A stretch of DNA of 62,632 nucleotides, counting the filler, from Nemertoderma westbladi (Eukaryota; Animalia; Xenacoelomorpha), in NCBI GenBank assembly GCA_032718475.1. It is 4 parts of 4 records of this genome, joined end to end, with 100 filler letters (N's around TTAATTAATTAA, not from the genome) between each part and the next. Parts side by side here need not be neighbours in the genome. Positions count along the whole stretch, not along the records: positions 1 to 18,374 come from JAUCBJ010000040.1; 3 more parts are not named here. One strand, 5' to 3'. The notes beneath the pieces are model-generated. The model searched no databases and was not told where the DNA came from. It saw only the letters and a list, made by a program, of their open reading frames with translations. Below, piece after piece: positions 1 through 13,983 of this stretch (its first letter is position 1; the number at the start of each line of letters is the position of its first letter). The position numbers and the translations under genes are program-made.

Positions 1-784
1 CAACGACACGAACCAATACGCGCGGGTGGTAACAGCTGTAGGAGTAAGGCAGGCATCGCGAGGTTAGGCTACGCGTAGGTGATAGGCAGCGATTGGTTGA
101 AGGCAACGACGCGAATCAATATTGATGGTGACAGATGGTCATTAAACACCTCGATTTAGCACCGGAATTTGGCATTTTTTAATTGCCTCCGAGATGTGGC
201 CCGTAGCCCAGGCTAGGGAGGAGTTAGCCGAGAACTATGCTTCTCCTACTACTGCAATTGCCCTCGGTTGGCAATTGTCATCGAGGGGCAATTTTCCGGG
301 AGGCCATGGTCCGTGGGGCAATTGTCCGAGGGGCAATTGTCCGGGGACAATTGACCTAGTTCTCCCAAGAGGTTACCTAACTTCATGACTCGTCCCAGGC
401 GTGTTTACTAATTTCATCCAATCAAATCGTTGGCTGTTTGGAACCACTACAAAATATACAAATAGTTTACAAAACATACAAAATTTCCTAAATTACAGTA
501 TATGCTTACACTGACAAAGCACATATCTCTATTAAACATTTTAGCCAATCAAATTAGATGTGTGGCGCCATAGTTAAATATATAAACTATTTAAGGGTTG
601 CTTACAAAATCTACTAAGTAAACGAGGAAAATATACAAAATTTTATAAATAACACATGAGCAACATACAACAAACATATAAACGCCAGGCACGTTTTTAT
701 ATGTTTATTTCTAAGCATTTGATAATTGACTGATAATGATCTTTGTTCAATGATAATGTGTTTCTCCATGTTCTGTGACACGGG

Positions 785-994
785 AAACTCGAACGATACA
801 ATGCGCTGTGAGTGTCAATAGTTAGACAACGTGGGCAATAAGCGGAATTATTTTCCGAGTTCAGTTAACTCTTGGATTGCGAAACAATCAGTTGATGTAA
901 TCGCGTTTCGAAACTTATCATTGAAGTGATCTGATTCCGTTATTGACTTAACATTAACGAGTTTCCACCAGTTGAGAATGGTTTCAATAACTTC
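785..994 (-). repeat. Inverted duplicate of transposase segment 2027-2259
   Basis: Direct reverse-complement match read by eye (aaactcgaacgatacaatgcg... vs ...cgcattgtatcgttcgagttt), with a short deletion in this copy. Confidence 0.9.
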
Positions 995-1049
995 CGTTGG
1001 TAGCAACTGACAGATGTCGTTGCTGCGATTCGCCGTTCTCTTGATTCAA

Positions 1050-3007
1050 CTACTAATAATGGTAATTAAGGCTGTTTGGAGAAGGCCCACCAACTCGTTC
1101 AGAAAGTGGTTGAATCCGGTTCCTCAAAATATCAGAGCCAATTGGAGTTCCTGTCCCGTCAGCTGGAACTTCATTGCTCTAATACGTACTCCAAGTCTGA
1201 CTACTTGGTGGCGATACAGGGATTCCCGAAGATGCCGTATAAGATCTTGCGAACCATTGCAATTTTACCATCCGAACGAAAAATGCGATCTCTAAAGCAG
1301 GCAGTAACTAGTGATCTTCTAGTCGAAACTGCCTTCAAGAAAGTACGCACACCTATGGTGAATACTGGTAGTCTACCTGTGACCAAGCTCCAAACTGCGT
1401 TAATTATGGACGGAATGAACATTCTACCTCACCTCGACTGATGTACCAGGGTCATAGCGTATTTGGTTATGCTGAGGATCAACCAAGTGAGTTGGCTACG
1501 TCAATGTTATGTACCATGATGCGCGTTCTTAGCAGTGGTCCATCCGTCATGGTTCAGATGATTCCAGTCTATTCAATGGTATCGCAATATCACAGTAGTC
1601 CTTGTTTATAGTAATTTAATTAGGTGGAATTAATTATTGCAGTACTGTATTGCTGTTTGCTAGTACTGTAACAGTCAGATACCTAGTGGATAGGCCTAGT
1701 GCTAGTCCATAGTCGAGTGAGTAGGCGTAGGCCTATTGATATGACTAAGAAGTACTGTGTGGTTGGTTGCACTGGCAACTACTATTATTATTATTATATA
1801 ATATATAATATATTACTTGCAGATAACTGAGAAGCTACAGTTGCTCCAGATTGGTGGTGCCATTGGTCGTTGGCAAGACGTTGTTGATCTGTAGCGGTTG
1901 ACGTCGCTTACTAAGTCTGCAGTAAGTCCTGATTCATTGCAACTTCAGAATGTGAAGCATGTAACCCGCATCTTTGATGATCGTGTCGTTGCTGCATTGC
2001 ATCTCCGTGGTTGCAACCAGACACCTGAAGTTATTGAAACCATTCTCAATTGGTGGAAACTCGTTAATGTTAAGTCAATAACGGAATCAGATCACTTCAA
2101 TGATACGTTTCGAAACGCGATTACATCAACTGATTGTTTGGCAATCCAAGAGTTAACTGAACTCTGAAAAGAATTCCGCTTATTGCCCCACAAGAATGGC
2201 AAGAATCGAGAACGTTGTCTAACTATTGACACTCACACCGCATTGTATCGTTCGAGTTTAGGTCTTTGTGATCTTGCGAGCTATCTATTAAGTATCGGTT
2301 TCAGTTATGTTCTAACAGCTGAGGGGGAACAAGATATTCTCGAGGGCGAGTTTGGCTGTTTCCCTGCTATGGCTGGCGCCAATAGTACAATTACAGCTAA
2401 GAAGGTTGACAGTGCTTTCAGGTCGCGTGGTCTACTCGCCTTATGTAAGATGGGGGAGCTACCAACTACCCTCACATTACCTGAGCACCCGAAGACGTGC
2501 ACAGGGTGTCAACAACCACTATCCGAAGCACTATCGGAAGCTCTTGAAGCAATCGACGACCTTATTGACTTTGAGGTGTCTGAGGAAGATAGACAGTCTG
2601 CTGGATATGTTGCAGGTTTCATTGTCCGGGTTAATCCTGAATTGGATAACAGTGGCGAAACCAACGAAATTAATAACCAATTTATTCGAACAGTTTCTCG
2701 TGGGGGTCTCATTGAACCTTCCCATGAGCTTGTTTTGTGGACCATGGAATCTGCAGCATGGATTGACAGTGTCCCAGAGGGTACAGTGCTCTGCTTCCGC
2801 CAGTTGGAGATAATTTGCCACGCCATCTCTGTCCGCTACGAGCTGAGCCCTCAATGTCAACCACCAATGTCAGCCTGTCGTACCCTTGCCAACACCCCTC
2901 TGAATGGGATGCAGAAGCGCTCAAAGGAACGCCATAACTCAAAGCGACCTCGGGTAGAGAATAAGTCTATCAAGTTGCTTCGAATTAGTGGAGCAAGTAA
3001 ATCCTAA
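1050..3007 (+). pseudogene. Fragmented THAP9/P-element-type transposase
   Basis: ORF pieces 1076-1441, 1898-2167 and 2183-3007 carry P/THAP9 hallmarks: LPSER, LIMDGM (catalytic D region), QNVKHVTRIF, QDILEGEFG (QDxLE.xFG), CxxC, YVAGFIVR, SRGGLIEPS. A THAP-like start MTKKYCVVGCTGNY lies at 1741. Multiple stops and frameshifts. Putative terminus tagtagtccttg ends at 3774. Confidence 0.85.
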
Positions 3008-5099
3008 ATACTCGTAATTAGATCTACAATTACCAAAACTTTTCATTGTCCATAAATCATAAATATCATTTGATCACTTAATAATAATTAGCTTAATTTG
3101 TAGTTTAATATTTGGCCATTTCAAATTTCAACTCTTTTTCAAGTCAGCTTTTTTTATAATTTTAATTTGTGCTGTTTTTATAATCTCAATATGTGCATTA
3201 TTTTAATTTTTTGTAAGTTGACTCTTGCATTAACACACAGGCTGCACTCGTTTACTTTAAAAGCCTGTTTGCGCTCGTCCTGTACATATAGTCACAAAAA
3301 TATAATGTGTACAACCTACCAATATCGTTCATATTGTCCAATGGCGATTAATTTATTATTTAGTACTCTTCTCCTTTAAAAGTCTCGTTATCTCCCTCGC
3401 TACGCTCGGTCGTGTTCTATATATACTATATTACAAGAATATTATTAAACTTTTTTTGTGATAAATAACCTAAATTACGGAAAACACTGAAGATTGGCTT
3501 TTGGGTATCACGAAAGAACGTATCATTTGCTGTTTGCATTAGTAATTTATTAGTAAATTTCGGGGTTATTTTTTTTAATCAATTAAAGTTACTCAGGATG
3601 ACTACCAGCAACCTTATAATTAGTACCAATCGATTCAGCGTTAATGAAATATCTTAGAAAGTTGTTTTTACTTGTCATGAGATGAAATTGAAGCTTTTCT
3701 GCTATTAAAATGAATGGCCCCCGCTAGCGGTCCCTGAAGATCTGCTATGCCAGTCCTTATTATAGTAGTCCTTGGTAGATGGTAAGTCTACCAGCCACGG
3801 CCTTGATGTTACAATAGGCCTAAACTGTAAACGTCTGAACGTAATGTAATGTTGCAGTGTTGTGAAGAGTCACTACTGTACTTTACAAAACCATAAAACA
3901 TGTACAAGTACAGTACATTACCGTACCGGTGAGTTTGAAAAAGGTGGACTGGACACCAGAAAACAAGGACAATTGACAGACCAATCACGGGCGATTTATG
4001 TCACATAGCATGTCCACCTTTTTCAGCTTTTCAAATTTGAAAAAAGGTGGACTGGGTTGAGAAAGAACAGCAACAAGCAATGATTTTTGTTGCTATTGAC
4101 TGCATAAAACTCCCATAGTATTCCTGGCTGTTGGTGGTAGTATGTATTTCGGCGCCATTTATAGAACAGAGTTTGACTGCTGGCTGCTTAGAATGGAACT
4201 TATGTAAAAACGGCCCCCCAAAAACCATAGCTGTTGTAAACCAGAGTTGAAACATCGCTTTGAAATGCATCTTCATCAATATCCCCAATAGAATTGGTAC
4301 CAGTAAAGTTAAAAACCTGTCGTCTAGCAACTTCCTCGTGGCGCGAGGAAGTTGTTTGAAAATCGTCAGATTAACTTTCCTCATCATTGGTTTCAGTAAT
4401 ATTGTCAGTATAGTTAGGCTGCTGTAGCTGATCGACTGCGCAAGTTGCAAACTAAGCAACACAAAGACATGGGAAATTCAATAGGGTTTAATGTACCTTC
4501 ACACGAACATAACAATAGATTGCTCACCCCATCATCAGCACTAATTTCGTTAACCTGTGCTGGAACCAGTGGTATCATTGTTTCTTCATTGGCATTTGGG
4601 TTCGGCTCAAAGCCAGGCTTTGAATTGTTTGTCTATGCAGTGCGTCGAGATCCAAAGATGAACAAACGACGTCAACTGTCCTCTTCAATCTGTTAAACAA
4701 ATTATAAATATTACCTCCATTTAGAACTTCACCTGGAGAAAGATTTGTATGAAGGAGCTTTGTGTGGCACGATTGTAGGATAGTGAATTGGTTATCATCT
4801 AATAGGCCAGGGGGCAGTGCCAATTTTTGAGTGAAAAGATTCGCGATTCTCAGAACTACACCTTCTGCTGACACATATTTTTCTAGGGATACCTCATTCA
4901 ATAAACAACCAGCTGCAATGATTGTTTTTACTTCCGACTCCATAAGATTTTGGTAATAAATTAACATCTTCTTTGAAGGTTATTGGTCTATGCGATTCTG
5001 CTGTTGGAAGTGGAGTGGCACAAAGCGGGGTGAAGGTTGGTGCAGTACACAAGGAGCTGGAGGCTATCCCCACAACTCAACAGCGAGAATATTAAAACA

Positions 5100-5950
5100 C
5101 ACTAAAAATATCATATAAGCAGCTAATTCTGGAAAAAAGAAACTTTTTGAACTGAAAAGGAGCAACGATTGGTTCAGGAATGTGAGACGGACAAAGGACA
5201 TTTCTGGAACATTTTAAAACCACGGCAAATAAAACCAGTTGTACAGCAGGTTTCTCAAGAAGATTGGAGCAACCACTTTACCAAACATCTCAAGGCTCGG
5301 CTAGACAAATTCCAAACTTACCCGACTTGCCAGAACAATCTACCATAGGCCTAGACTTGGGCAGTCCAATTCGAATTCGAGAGTATGAAATAAATGATTC
5401 CTTGGCTAATCAGAAGAACAACAAGGCGCGTGGACCGGATATAACTAATGAGGCGTTGAATGTCGGTTCTGGTCATCTCCTGCCACTCCTACTCGTCTTG
5501 TTTACTATGTGCTTCTTAGCTGCACCTTATCCTTTCCTATGGTTGTCATCTTATCTTATTCCCGTCTATAAATGTAATGGTCAGAAATCATTCCCTGATA
5601 ATTACAGTATCATGGAGCGGCTCTTCTCTCATGTACAGTATATCAAAGGTTTACACTAGTATATTGGCCTGTCATCTGTATAAATGATTAAATGGGTGGA
5701 GTCCAATCAAAAACTACCCGATTCACAGTATGGATTCCGAAGAGGACGCTCCACTCTCGCAGGAATCAATTAAGATTCTTTATAACCGGATACAGGCAGC
5801 AAAAGCCATTGATTCTTTGAACAGGGAAACACTTATTAAAAAACTGTCTGCTATTGGAGTTAGCAGAACATTTATTGCAATAATCTGGGCTCTTCTGGCG
5901 ATCAATTTTGCAAGCTAAGTATTGGTGCCTATAACCTTGACCCTAGCGAA
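5100..5950 (+). pseudogene. Non-LTR retrotransposon (LINE) reverse transcriptase remnant
   Basis: LANQKNNKARGPD, LIPVYK...DNY, QYGFRRGRST (alternate frame near 5725) and KAIDSLNRETLIKKL match LINE RT domains 0-3. Frameshifted. Confidence 0.8.
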
Positions 5951-6442
5951 CAGACTATAGGGGTATTCTTAGGAAGGAGACAAATGGGATTCACGACTCA
6001 AAGTCAAAACCAGATTAATTAGATGCAATAATATCACAGAAACACAATGGCGTTTACAGAATTCAATAAGATGTTAAAATAGCCGAGATATTGTTGTTTT
6101 CAGTTTAAAACTTTCATGGTGGACCCACTTTTAGAGTACCCATTGGTTTTCGTGAAACATTTCGAAAACTAATAAAGGTGTTACAAAACCGTTTGCATAT
6201 TTGAAATCTCCATAAAATTTCAGATAATATACAACAACTTGATTGTCTTTATACAAATTTATATATATACTGCCACGACAACATTGATAAATCGACCCAC
6301 TAATTTTTTTGGCCGTGCTGCCATTTGGCAGGCCGTATTTAAGTAGGCCATGGATGAAATTGTTGGGGGGTGGTGCAGGAGGTTTATCGCCCAGTTTAAA
6401 ATGTTGTTATAAATTAACGGTTACTTTCAATATCTCTCCACT

Positions 6443-6580
6443 GCTCCTCCTTGGTGTTTTGGTTAAATCCGTTACTTCACATCTCTCGGAGGTCGTGAGT
6501 TCGACCCCGCATGGTGGGATGGGCAGTTTTCGTTTTGGGCACGAATGCTTTAAAGGGGCGAGCCAGGGCGCATCTCTTAA
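6443..6580 (+). mobile_element. tRNA-derived SINE (same family as 47749-47890)
   Basis: A-box-like tggtgttttggtt and B-box gagttcgacccc, followed by a body gggcagttttcgttt..gcacgaatgctt..ccagggcgcatctct that is shared with the copy at 47.8 kb. Confidence 0.7.
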
Positions 6581-9500
6581 ATATTAGCTAATTTTTTTTC
6601 CTAACGCCCCCACACGGGGCAATTGGTAGCATTTTTAGGAAGTAAACGTCCGCGGTTTACCATCTTCATATCAGAATGTTAAATCTTATATGTTATCATA
6701 TTTTTACTTCATGTCTGTTTCACTAAATTCTAATTAAATTAAAGGAAGAACAGGAGTCTTACACCCCCAATAACCCCCTGTTAGTCAGTATGTCGTTAAC
6801 ATCAATTATCACTAAATTCTAACAGACTAGACGAAATCCACAGGAAAAATTTTAAATTCTAAAATACTGTTATCTAAAACATTAGTAAATTTTACAACTC
6901 TGAAGTATTGTCTTTTTATTTTTCAACAATTAAAGATAATAATCCCCCCCCCCCCCCCCCCCCATAGCTTCGCTATTGCCCGGCTGCAGTAGCAGCACCA
7001 AGATTGGGAGATAATTTGAAGAAAATAAGCGCACGTACAGTTTGGGGGTTAAATAATATGAATTTGTTATTTGTTTATTAATTAGTAATTATTTCGTTAT
7101 TGTTAATTAATAATTACATATTTGGTCAGTAATGGTTGACCGATGCGCCTGTAAATAGCCTCTCGTCAACAAGTCAACCCCACCGACTAGCGGTACTGAC
7201 TGTTTTTGCTGACGGGGCTCTGTCGAACAACGCGTCCCTGATAGCAGTAAAGGGGGTCTCTTTATTGAGGGGCAGTATTATTATTGCCGCGGAACTGCCC
7301 CAACTCATCACCTCTCCCACTCCCGATCTCCGACGAAAATGAACATAAAATCAACATACACCAACCCGCAACCCTACCCCACACACCGACACCACCCACC
7401 CCCTACCCACCCACACCTAAGTTTCTGGAAGATTGTAACCAATACAAAACACAGGCTAAGTTGAATGATGCAACTAAAACGGTAAGCTCGAAAGACGAAT
7501 GCATGAATCACTGAGAATTTTATTTCATGGAATACATTATTATTAACTTATAATAAATTAATTTCAATACTCACCTAACATTTAAGCGAGTGTCAATACA
7601 TACTCCTTCATAAGCATGCTATTCATTACGGTAAGTGGTACTTACTATATAAATTTGACAAAAGCTGGCATTGTAATTCATCTCTAATAGCATGGTATAA
7701 ACTAACGAAAAATCGACAATTAATAAGATTGATATTATTACTTACTTACTTCCTTGTAATGTATATTTTTCAGAAATAATTATTTAGATGCGTTAATCTC
7801 ACATATTTTCAGGCCCTTCACATCCCATTTTACCCAACTTTTCATTTTCATTTTCACTTTCAGGGGTTTTAATTTCCATGCGGTATAGGGTTCTGCAACT
7901 TTTAGTGGCAACACTAGAGACATCTAACCCAGGGTAGGGTATTCCTTAAATACCCCCCTGTAGGTGTTGGGCTGGGCTCCTATGGGTAAGATACAGCATA
8001 GCGCACTACCCAACTAACAAATTACTAATACTTACTTACTATTTAATTCCGACTCTATCCTATAACGATAACGGACAACATCACTACCAAAAATAAAAGA
8101 ATGTCACCTCACTACCCCAATAGAAAATCCACAACCTTTTCATTACACGCGTCATGATATTAATAACCCGATGATGATACCCCTTTGTTATTGATATTAT
8201 ACCCCTGCTATATTGAATATTCACCGCGCAACAACCTGAAAAGAACAAACCGACAACATCTATGGGAAAACGAATAAACATGTCAAGTTGATTTATAGGT
8301 TTGACTATAAACAAACACCAATGCTCTCTGATTACAGACCTTCCAACCACCAACCCTTGCTCTCATCCCAGCATTATTAATGAGAGGGACATATTAACAC
8401 GTTCGTGGGGCCTTCGCGCAGCACGAGGCCCAGTTATGAGATACAAATTAAAATTGTGCGACTGTATCACAAAATCAGGTTATGAGAGATTAACCAACAC
8501 CACCAATTAATCAAAGAAAGGGGGACAGTACGCGTTCACCCCTTTTAATCTGCACCCCCCCCCCCCCTCCCTTCCCACCCACCAATACATAACCGCGACA
8601 TCTACCACCCACGGAAGGGTAGCACGAACTTATTTCCAAACGCACGTTCAATATGCAAAGCCAGGTGGTTTATAGGAATATAATCAATGCAGTACTCGTC
8701 TTCATTATAAGCCTCTTTGCGTTCGACCTGTTTTGTATTAAAATATATTTATTAAACGCAGGCTGACGCTCTTTATAATAATAATACCTAGGGATGCCAG
8801 CTTCCAGACTTTCAATCTTTACTGCCGCGCAAACCCCGCAGAGGAAGTTTTGGTTTGAGAGATCAAGCCCATCGGGCGATTATTGAAAAATGGTCACACT
8901 TCACATCAAAAAATTAACATCCCCATCACCAAAAATGGTTTCCATATCCTAAAAGTATGGTATCTAAAGTGTAGGAAATGGGTATGGATGAGTAAATATT
9001 TGATCGCTTAGAAAAAATACTGGGATGTAAAGTCTGCTGAAAATTGATAACATAATTATCCTAATAATTTACGTTTTTAAAAGTAATTTAAAAATATTAT
9101 GGTATACATTACCATGCAAAATGCATGCATATTTTGGAAGCACCACTGCAGTAAACCATTTCACAAAAATAATTATTGGATTTCAGTAAGCCATCTTACG
9201 GAAACAAATGATTTGCTCACTAGTGCTGGAAATTCCGTCAGTCACAGAAATTAGCAGTAAAGTTTAGTTATTCTGAAACAGAAAGGCTTTCTGGCAAACT
9301 TTCTTATCCACAAATTCAGATATTCTCCTGACCACAATGCATGACAAGGACTTTGCTGTGAAATTAGCGTAGGCTGACTGGTGACTGATGAATTATCAAA
9401 TATTATATTTTCCATGAATGCAGGGTCCATATTTAAAAGAAGATGACTAGATTTTCGTAAAGAATTTAATTGAAACAGTATTTAATAATAAATAAATTAA

Positions 9501-9937
9501 TTATCGCTCGAGTTCCTGCAGCTTTTATTCGTGGCAGGAATGTTTGAACGCTAATAAGTCGGTCAATCATGGATGAAATGGAACCAAACTTGGTACACTT
9601 GTAGTCTTAAAAAAATTTAGAAATTCTACACACAGACAGACTTCTACAGTTCCCCGGTCTGCCGCTAGGGGGCGAATTAACAGAAACGTAAAAATAGCTG
9701 TAATTATAGAACCAACGATCAGATTCATCTGAAATTTAGTAGTAGTTACCTAAGAGCATTGCTTAATTAGAAATTCTACAGAGACTTTTACAGTTCCTGT
9801 CTGCCGCTAGTGGGGAATTGTTAGAGCTCCAGTTCAACGTGCTTAGCACGGTTTAATAAACAATCAATTAATTATTTTATTCAATACAGTAATTATAACA
9901 GTAAAATGCAATGTATTCTATTTTTTAGTGAAATCAA

Positions 9938-10198
9938 GAGATAGGAGGGGGGTGGGACTGGACGCAAATCCCATCTTGGCGAATTAATATCCCGCCTCAA
10001 TATTAATTTCTAAATTTTGGGAAAGGAGCAGGTTACAGTGGCACGTTATTTTAACCAAAACAATAAAGTAAACACAATAGAACAGGTTACAGTTTTATTT
10101 TTGAGAGTAATCAGCTGTTGTTATTTGCGTCCAATTTCCCCTGGAGAGGGATGAATTTTTATTGCGTCCAGCCCCCCCCCCCCCCCCCCCCCCTATCT
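9938..10198. mobile_element. MITE with 9-bp TSD (Mutator-like)
   Basis: TIRs gagatagg(G)n actggacgca / tgcgtccag(C)n tatct, flanked by tgaaatcaa at 9929-9937 and 10199-10207. Partial relatives near 36595, 47635 and 61930-62138. Confidence 0.75.
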
Positions 10199-10429
10199 TG
10201 AAATCAAATACCAAAAATATATTTATTATATGAACAATCTATTTGGAAATTGTAAGTTCGGCCTATCTCTTTACCATAAGCTCAGTATCTTTATCTGGTG
10301 TGTTTTTATTATTTTACCAATTATTTAATATGTTTGATAGAATTGAACAACACCGCCCAACACAACCAACTCTCTATCCGCCTCGAGCATCGAGAATACG
10401 AGAAACTCGATCGAAATACCTGCTTATCC

Positions 10430-10960
10430 CAGTAGTATCCGTCCGTAGTCTAGTCACCGGACCGCTGCGGTTTACTCCCGTAGAACAGTAGAATTCCCGC
10501 AGCTTCCGACCCAATTCGACAACGAATTCGCTTCACACTTTCGCGTCACAGAGAACGTAATCCAGTGCGATAACGTCTGCCCAACGTTCAACCATTTCCC
10601 CCAGGCGATCCCAGGATCCGGGCCGCCGCTAAACCCAGATCGCAATCCTCGTCGATTCGTCCAGTCGTCGACGTAAGTCAGTAAGTGGGACTCTTCCCAC
10701 CGCACTCCAAGGTGGGTGACCGGAGTGAGGCATGATGAACTTGGCAGTGGCCCGCATTACGATCTGACCGACCGCCGTATTCCCAGTGTCTGAGTGTAGT
10801 AAATACCCAAATAGAATCGTACTGACAAACAAGCAATTCCGTAGTATTCCCCCGTTAATCACCTCTTGAAGCAACTCGGCTGCTCGGGTCCAGATACATC
10901 GGACTGTCGGGAGCGTTTCAGACATCAGACAGTAATGGAGCGGCATTTGCGAATATTTCC
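10430..10960 (-). pseudogene. Possible C-terminal remnant of an L1/Tx1-like ORF2
   Basis: CpG-rich island. PTVRCIW...STILFG...TAKFIM...ERW resembles the tail after the zinc knuckle of L1/Tx1 ORF2. Contains in-frame stops. Weak resemblance only. Confidence 0.3.
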
Positions 10961-11729
10961 AATGGTTTTATAATAAATAAGGGGATTCAACAGTTCAATG
11001 CTAAAACAAATGGATTATTCCTAACCCCACCCCAATACAGCAATATACCTAACAGTATATAGCTTAGGTACCACAGTCTGACTAGCTTTAAATATTAGAG
11101 TATGAAAATTATTATAGGACCCTCATGGAAACGAGGTATATACCTCATGAGGCTATCCTTACACCAGAACCCTTTATTTAAGTAAATAAACATTTTATAA
11201 GTTGACTATCTACATAAATCAGTATTGGTGCTCCTAAATATCTAGTGTTATTAGGCCTACTTGTACTGTAGGCCTAATATCGTAACGTAATCTTTATAAA
11301 TGTATTATTGTGAATTTTAAAAGGTTTAATTATGTGTAAAAAACAATCAATCAATCAAACCATAATCAGCACAGTCAGCCTACGCATGGGTGGTACCTAC
11401 GGTGCGCACTACAACGGCTGAACGGCAGTACAGCAATACGGTGTACCGTGCCAATGACTGAATGATTAGCGGTAACTACTGAACTATCTAAACTATTATA
11501 TTATTATTACCGGTACTAGGCTAATTAGGCCTAAACTATAATCACCGCAAGGGTTTCCGGGGCCATGTTTAGATTACATGATATGGCATGTCTGCAGTGT
11601 ATGGTACCGGCTGACCTGTATTACAGCCTGACAGTACCGGTACAAATGGTACATGCAGATTGGCAGACAGCCCCTATGTTTTGCAAAATTTGTCAGAAAA
11701 CCAGCTGATTTATCCTACAGTAATAATAA

Positions 11730-12070
11730 TTTAACGCATGTTAATTTTGGATAAATAAATATATTATAACTACAATAACAGTTACACTGATGCTGCACGA
11801 AGGCCCCACGCAAATTCTACTTGGAAAATTTTCAAACTTTTGCCAAACAACATGTGTACCAAGTTTGGATAGATTTCATCAAGGATTGGCCGAGTTATTA
11901 ACGTTTAAAATAAAATACTGAAAAAAAACGCGACAGAACGACAGAACGACAGAACGACAGGTTGATTAATGGTACCACTACGCTAAGGCTCTCTCACTTC
12001 GTGGCTCGCCCCACAGGTTGATTAATGGTACCACTACGCTAAGGCTCTCTCACTTCGTGGCTCGCCCCAC
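11730..12070 (-). mobile_element. DINE/Helentron-associated-like interspersed repeat fragment
   Basis: Reverse complement of 27600-27885 (aacgttaataactc..ccaaacttggtaca..). Contains an (acagaacg)n microsatellite and a ~54-bp tandem duplication at about 11957-12070. Confidence 0.55.
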
Positions 12071-12316
12071 ATATTTCTAGGATTAGCCTCCATACCCAAA
12101 CCCCCTTCCCCCACATGGCAGCATATTAGTCCATCAGAATATCAATCCCTACAGGCAAAAAAGCCAATATCCCACTGGCTTATACTAAATGAACCATTGG
12201 GGAAAATCTAACTATAGTTGACCTTTCTGAATCTGGGCTACTTAATTTTGTATAGTAGAGTTAAGCAGATATCCATGTGGTGCAAAATGATGAGTCCAAT
12301 TTTCCTAAGACAATAA

Positions 12317-13983
12317 TCTATATATATAAATATCCTCTGTCTGTCTGTGAGTCTGTGAGTCTATGAGTCTGTGAGTCTGTCCAAGCTATACGCTCCGACA
12401 CACGAGCACCAATCTGAGCGAATGATACATCGATCGAAAGCTCTCGTCCCGAGCACGTAAACTATCGCTATCTCGAGGCTTATTTTACGCGTATGCTTGC
12501 GTGAATGCGTATTTTGTATTCGCTGCAACATGTTGTGTGATAAAATCTCAAAGTGATTCGAATATTCCTTTTGGCAGTACAGGCCTGGCAAAGCTGAGAG
12601 TTAGTTAGCAAGGCAGCTAGCTACTTGCAGACCAATCATAGGTGGCCTGCAGCAGGCTGGGTTGGTTAAGTAGTAATCTCAATAAATAGGACCCAGCAGG
12701 AGAGTGGAGTGGATCTACTGTGATTGGTTCTTGACTTACATTGGTAAGAACAAGCAGTAAATCTTAGATTAGCTTTTTTTCAGTTCACATATTGTTTATA
12801 ATCATAAACACAAAATGATTCAATTATTCATTTTTGCAATGTACCGGATGGGTGCTAGCGAGGTAGGCCTAGCAGGTCGTCAGTCCGTCATCCTACAAGT
12901 TGGATCTTGACTCTATCATGTGCGTGCACCTATATAATGCAGACCATCCTCAGCCCGTGAACATGAATTGTAAAGGCTATCTCGAGGCTGATTTTTTACA
13001 CATTTACTTGATACTTGCATGAATGCGTCTTTGAGGTAAAATTGCATTATTCTGCAGTTGTTTTGTTATCGGAGAAATTACTGATCAGCAAGCAGGAAAT
13101 TGTAACAGCAGTTATTGCATCATCGTAATTCGTAACCACTCTGCTGACACTTTGCAGAATAAATTCTACCTGACCATAGCTGCGTGTTGGGAGGACGCCG
13201 ACCAGTTTGCGGTTCTTCAGTCTGCCACTAGGAGGCGAAATGTCTGAAAGTGAAAATCTTATCCTATTTTGTTATTAATAATGATTTTTAGCTGATACTT
13301 AGGTCCTTTACACAATATGTTTATAATGTTTTTTGCTGATACCAAGCAGAGTATACTACACCGTAGGGTGTGTATTTGGGCTTGGGGAGACGATGACTAA
13401 TCTACAGTTCCCCAGTCTGCCGCTATTAGGGGATGAAATGTCTGAATGAGGAAACCTACAATTTTGTTGTTTATGAATGCTTTTTTGCTGATACTTGGCA
13501 CTTGGCAGAGGACTACTACACCATAGTCGTCATGTTTGGGGAGGACGCTAACCAGTGCATAATTATGCAGTCTGCCACTAGGGGGCGAAATGTATGAAAT
13601 TAAAACCTTCCATTTTAATACGATAGAGTTGCTGCAGTGACCTACTGCACTATAGATTATGTTTGCGAGGACGCTAACCACTACTCTGCAGTTATACAGT
13701 TTTCCACTAAGGGGAAAATATTACACACAGTTTAAACCTTTTCACATTTTATTATTTGTAATCCATTGGAGGTGTTACTTGGAAGGTATCTACTACAACA
13801 TAAAGCCTTATGTTTATTATTGTATGTAGCTGCAACTAAAACGGGATCAGTCTGTTAGTCGTATGTAAAGTTTTGTTAAGTTAATTAATTAATTTATTTA
13901 TGTTTGATATTGTCCATTGATTGATTGATTGTATAGAAGCTTGTGAACTAGAAAGCCGTGGCCGAAGGCCACGGGCTTTCTAG
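12317..13983 (+). mobile_element. Non-autonomous Helitron
   Basis: 5' A|TC terminus (tctatatatataaa) followed by a (ctgt/gagt)n microsatellite. 3' GC-rich hairpin gaaagccgtggcc-gaa-ggccacgggctttc ending in CTAG|T. No TSD, as expected for Helitrons. Confidence 0.8.

Noticed and set aside
194-388. 64-aa ORF with GNCP repeats
   Set aside because: Translation of ggggcaattgtcc subterminal repeats typical of a non-autonomous transposon end.
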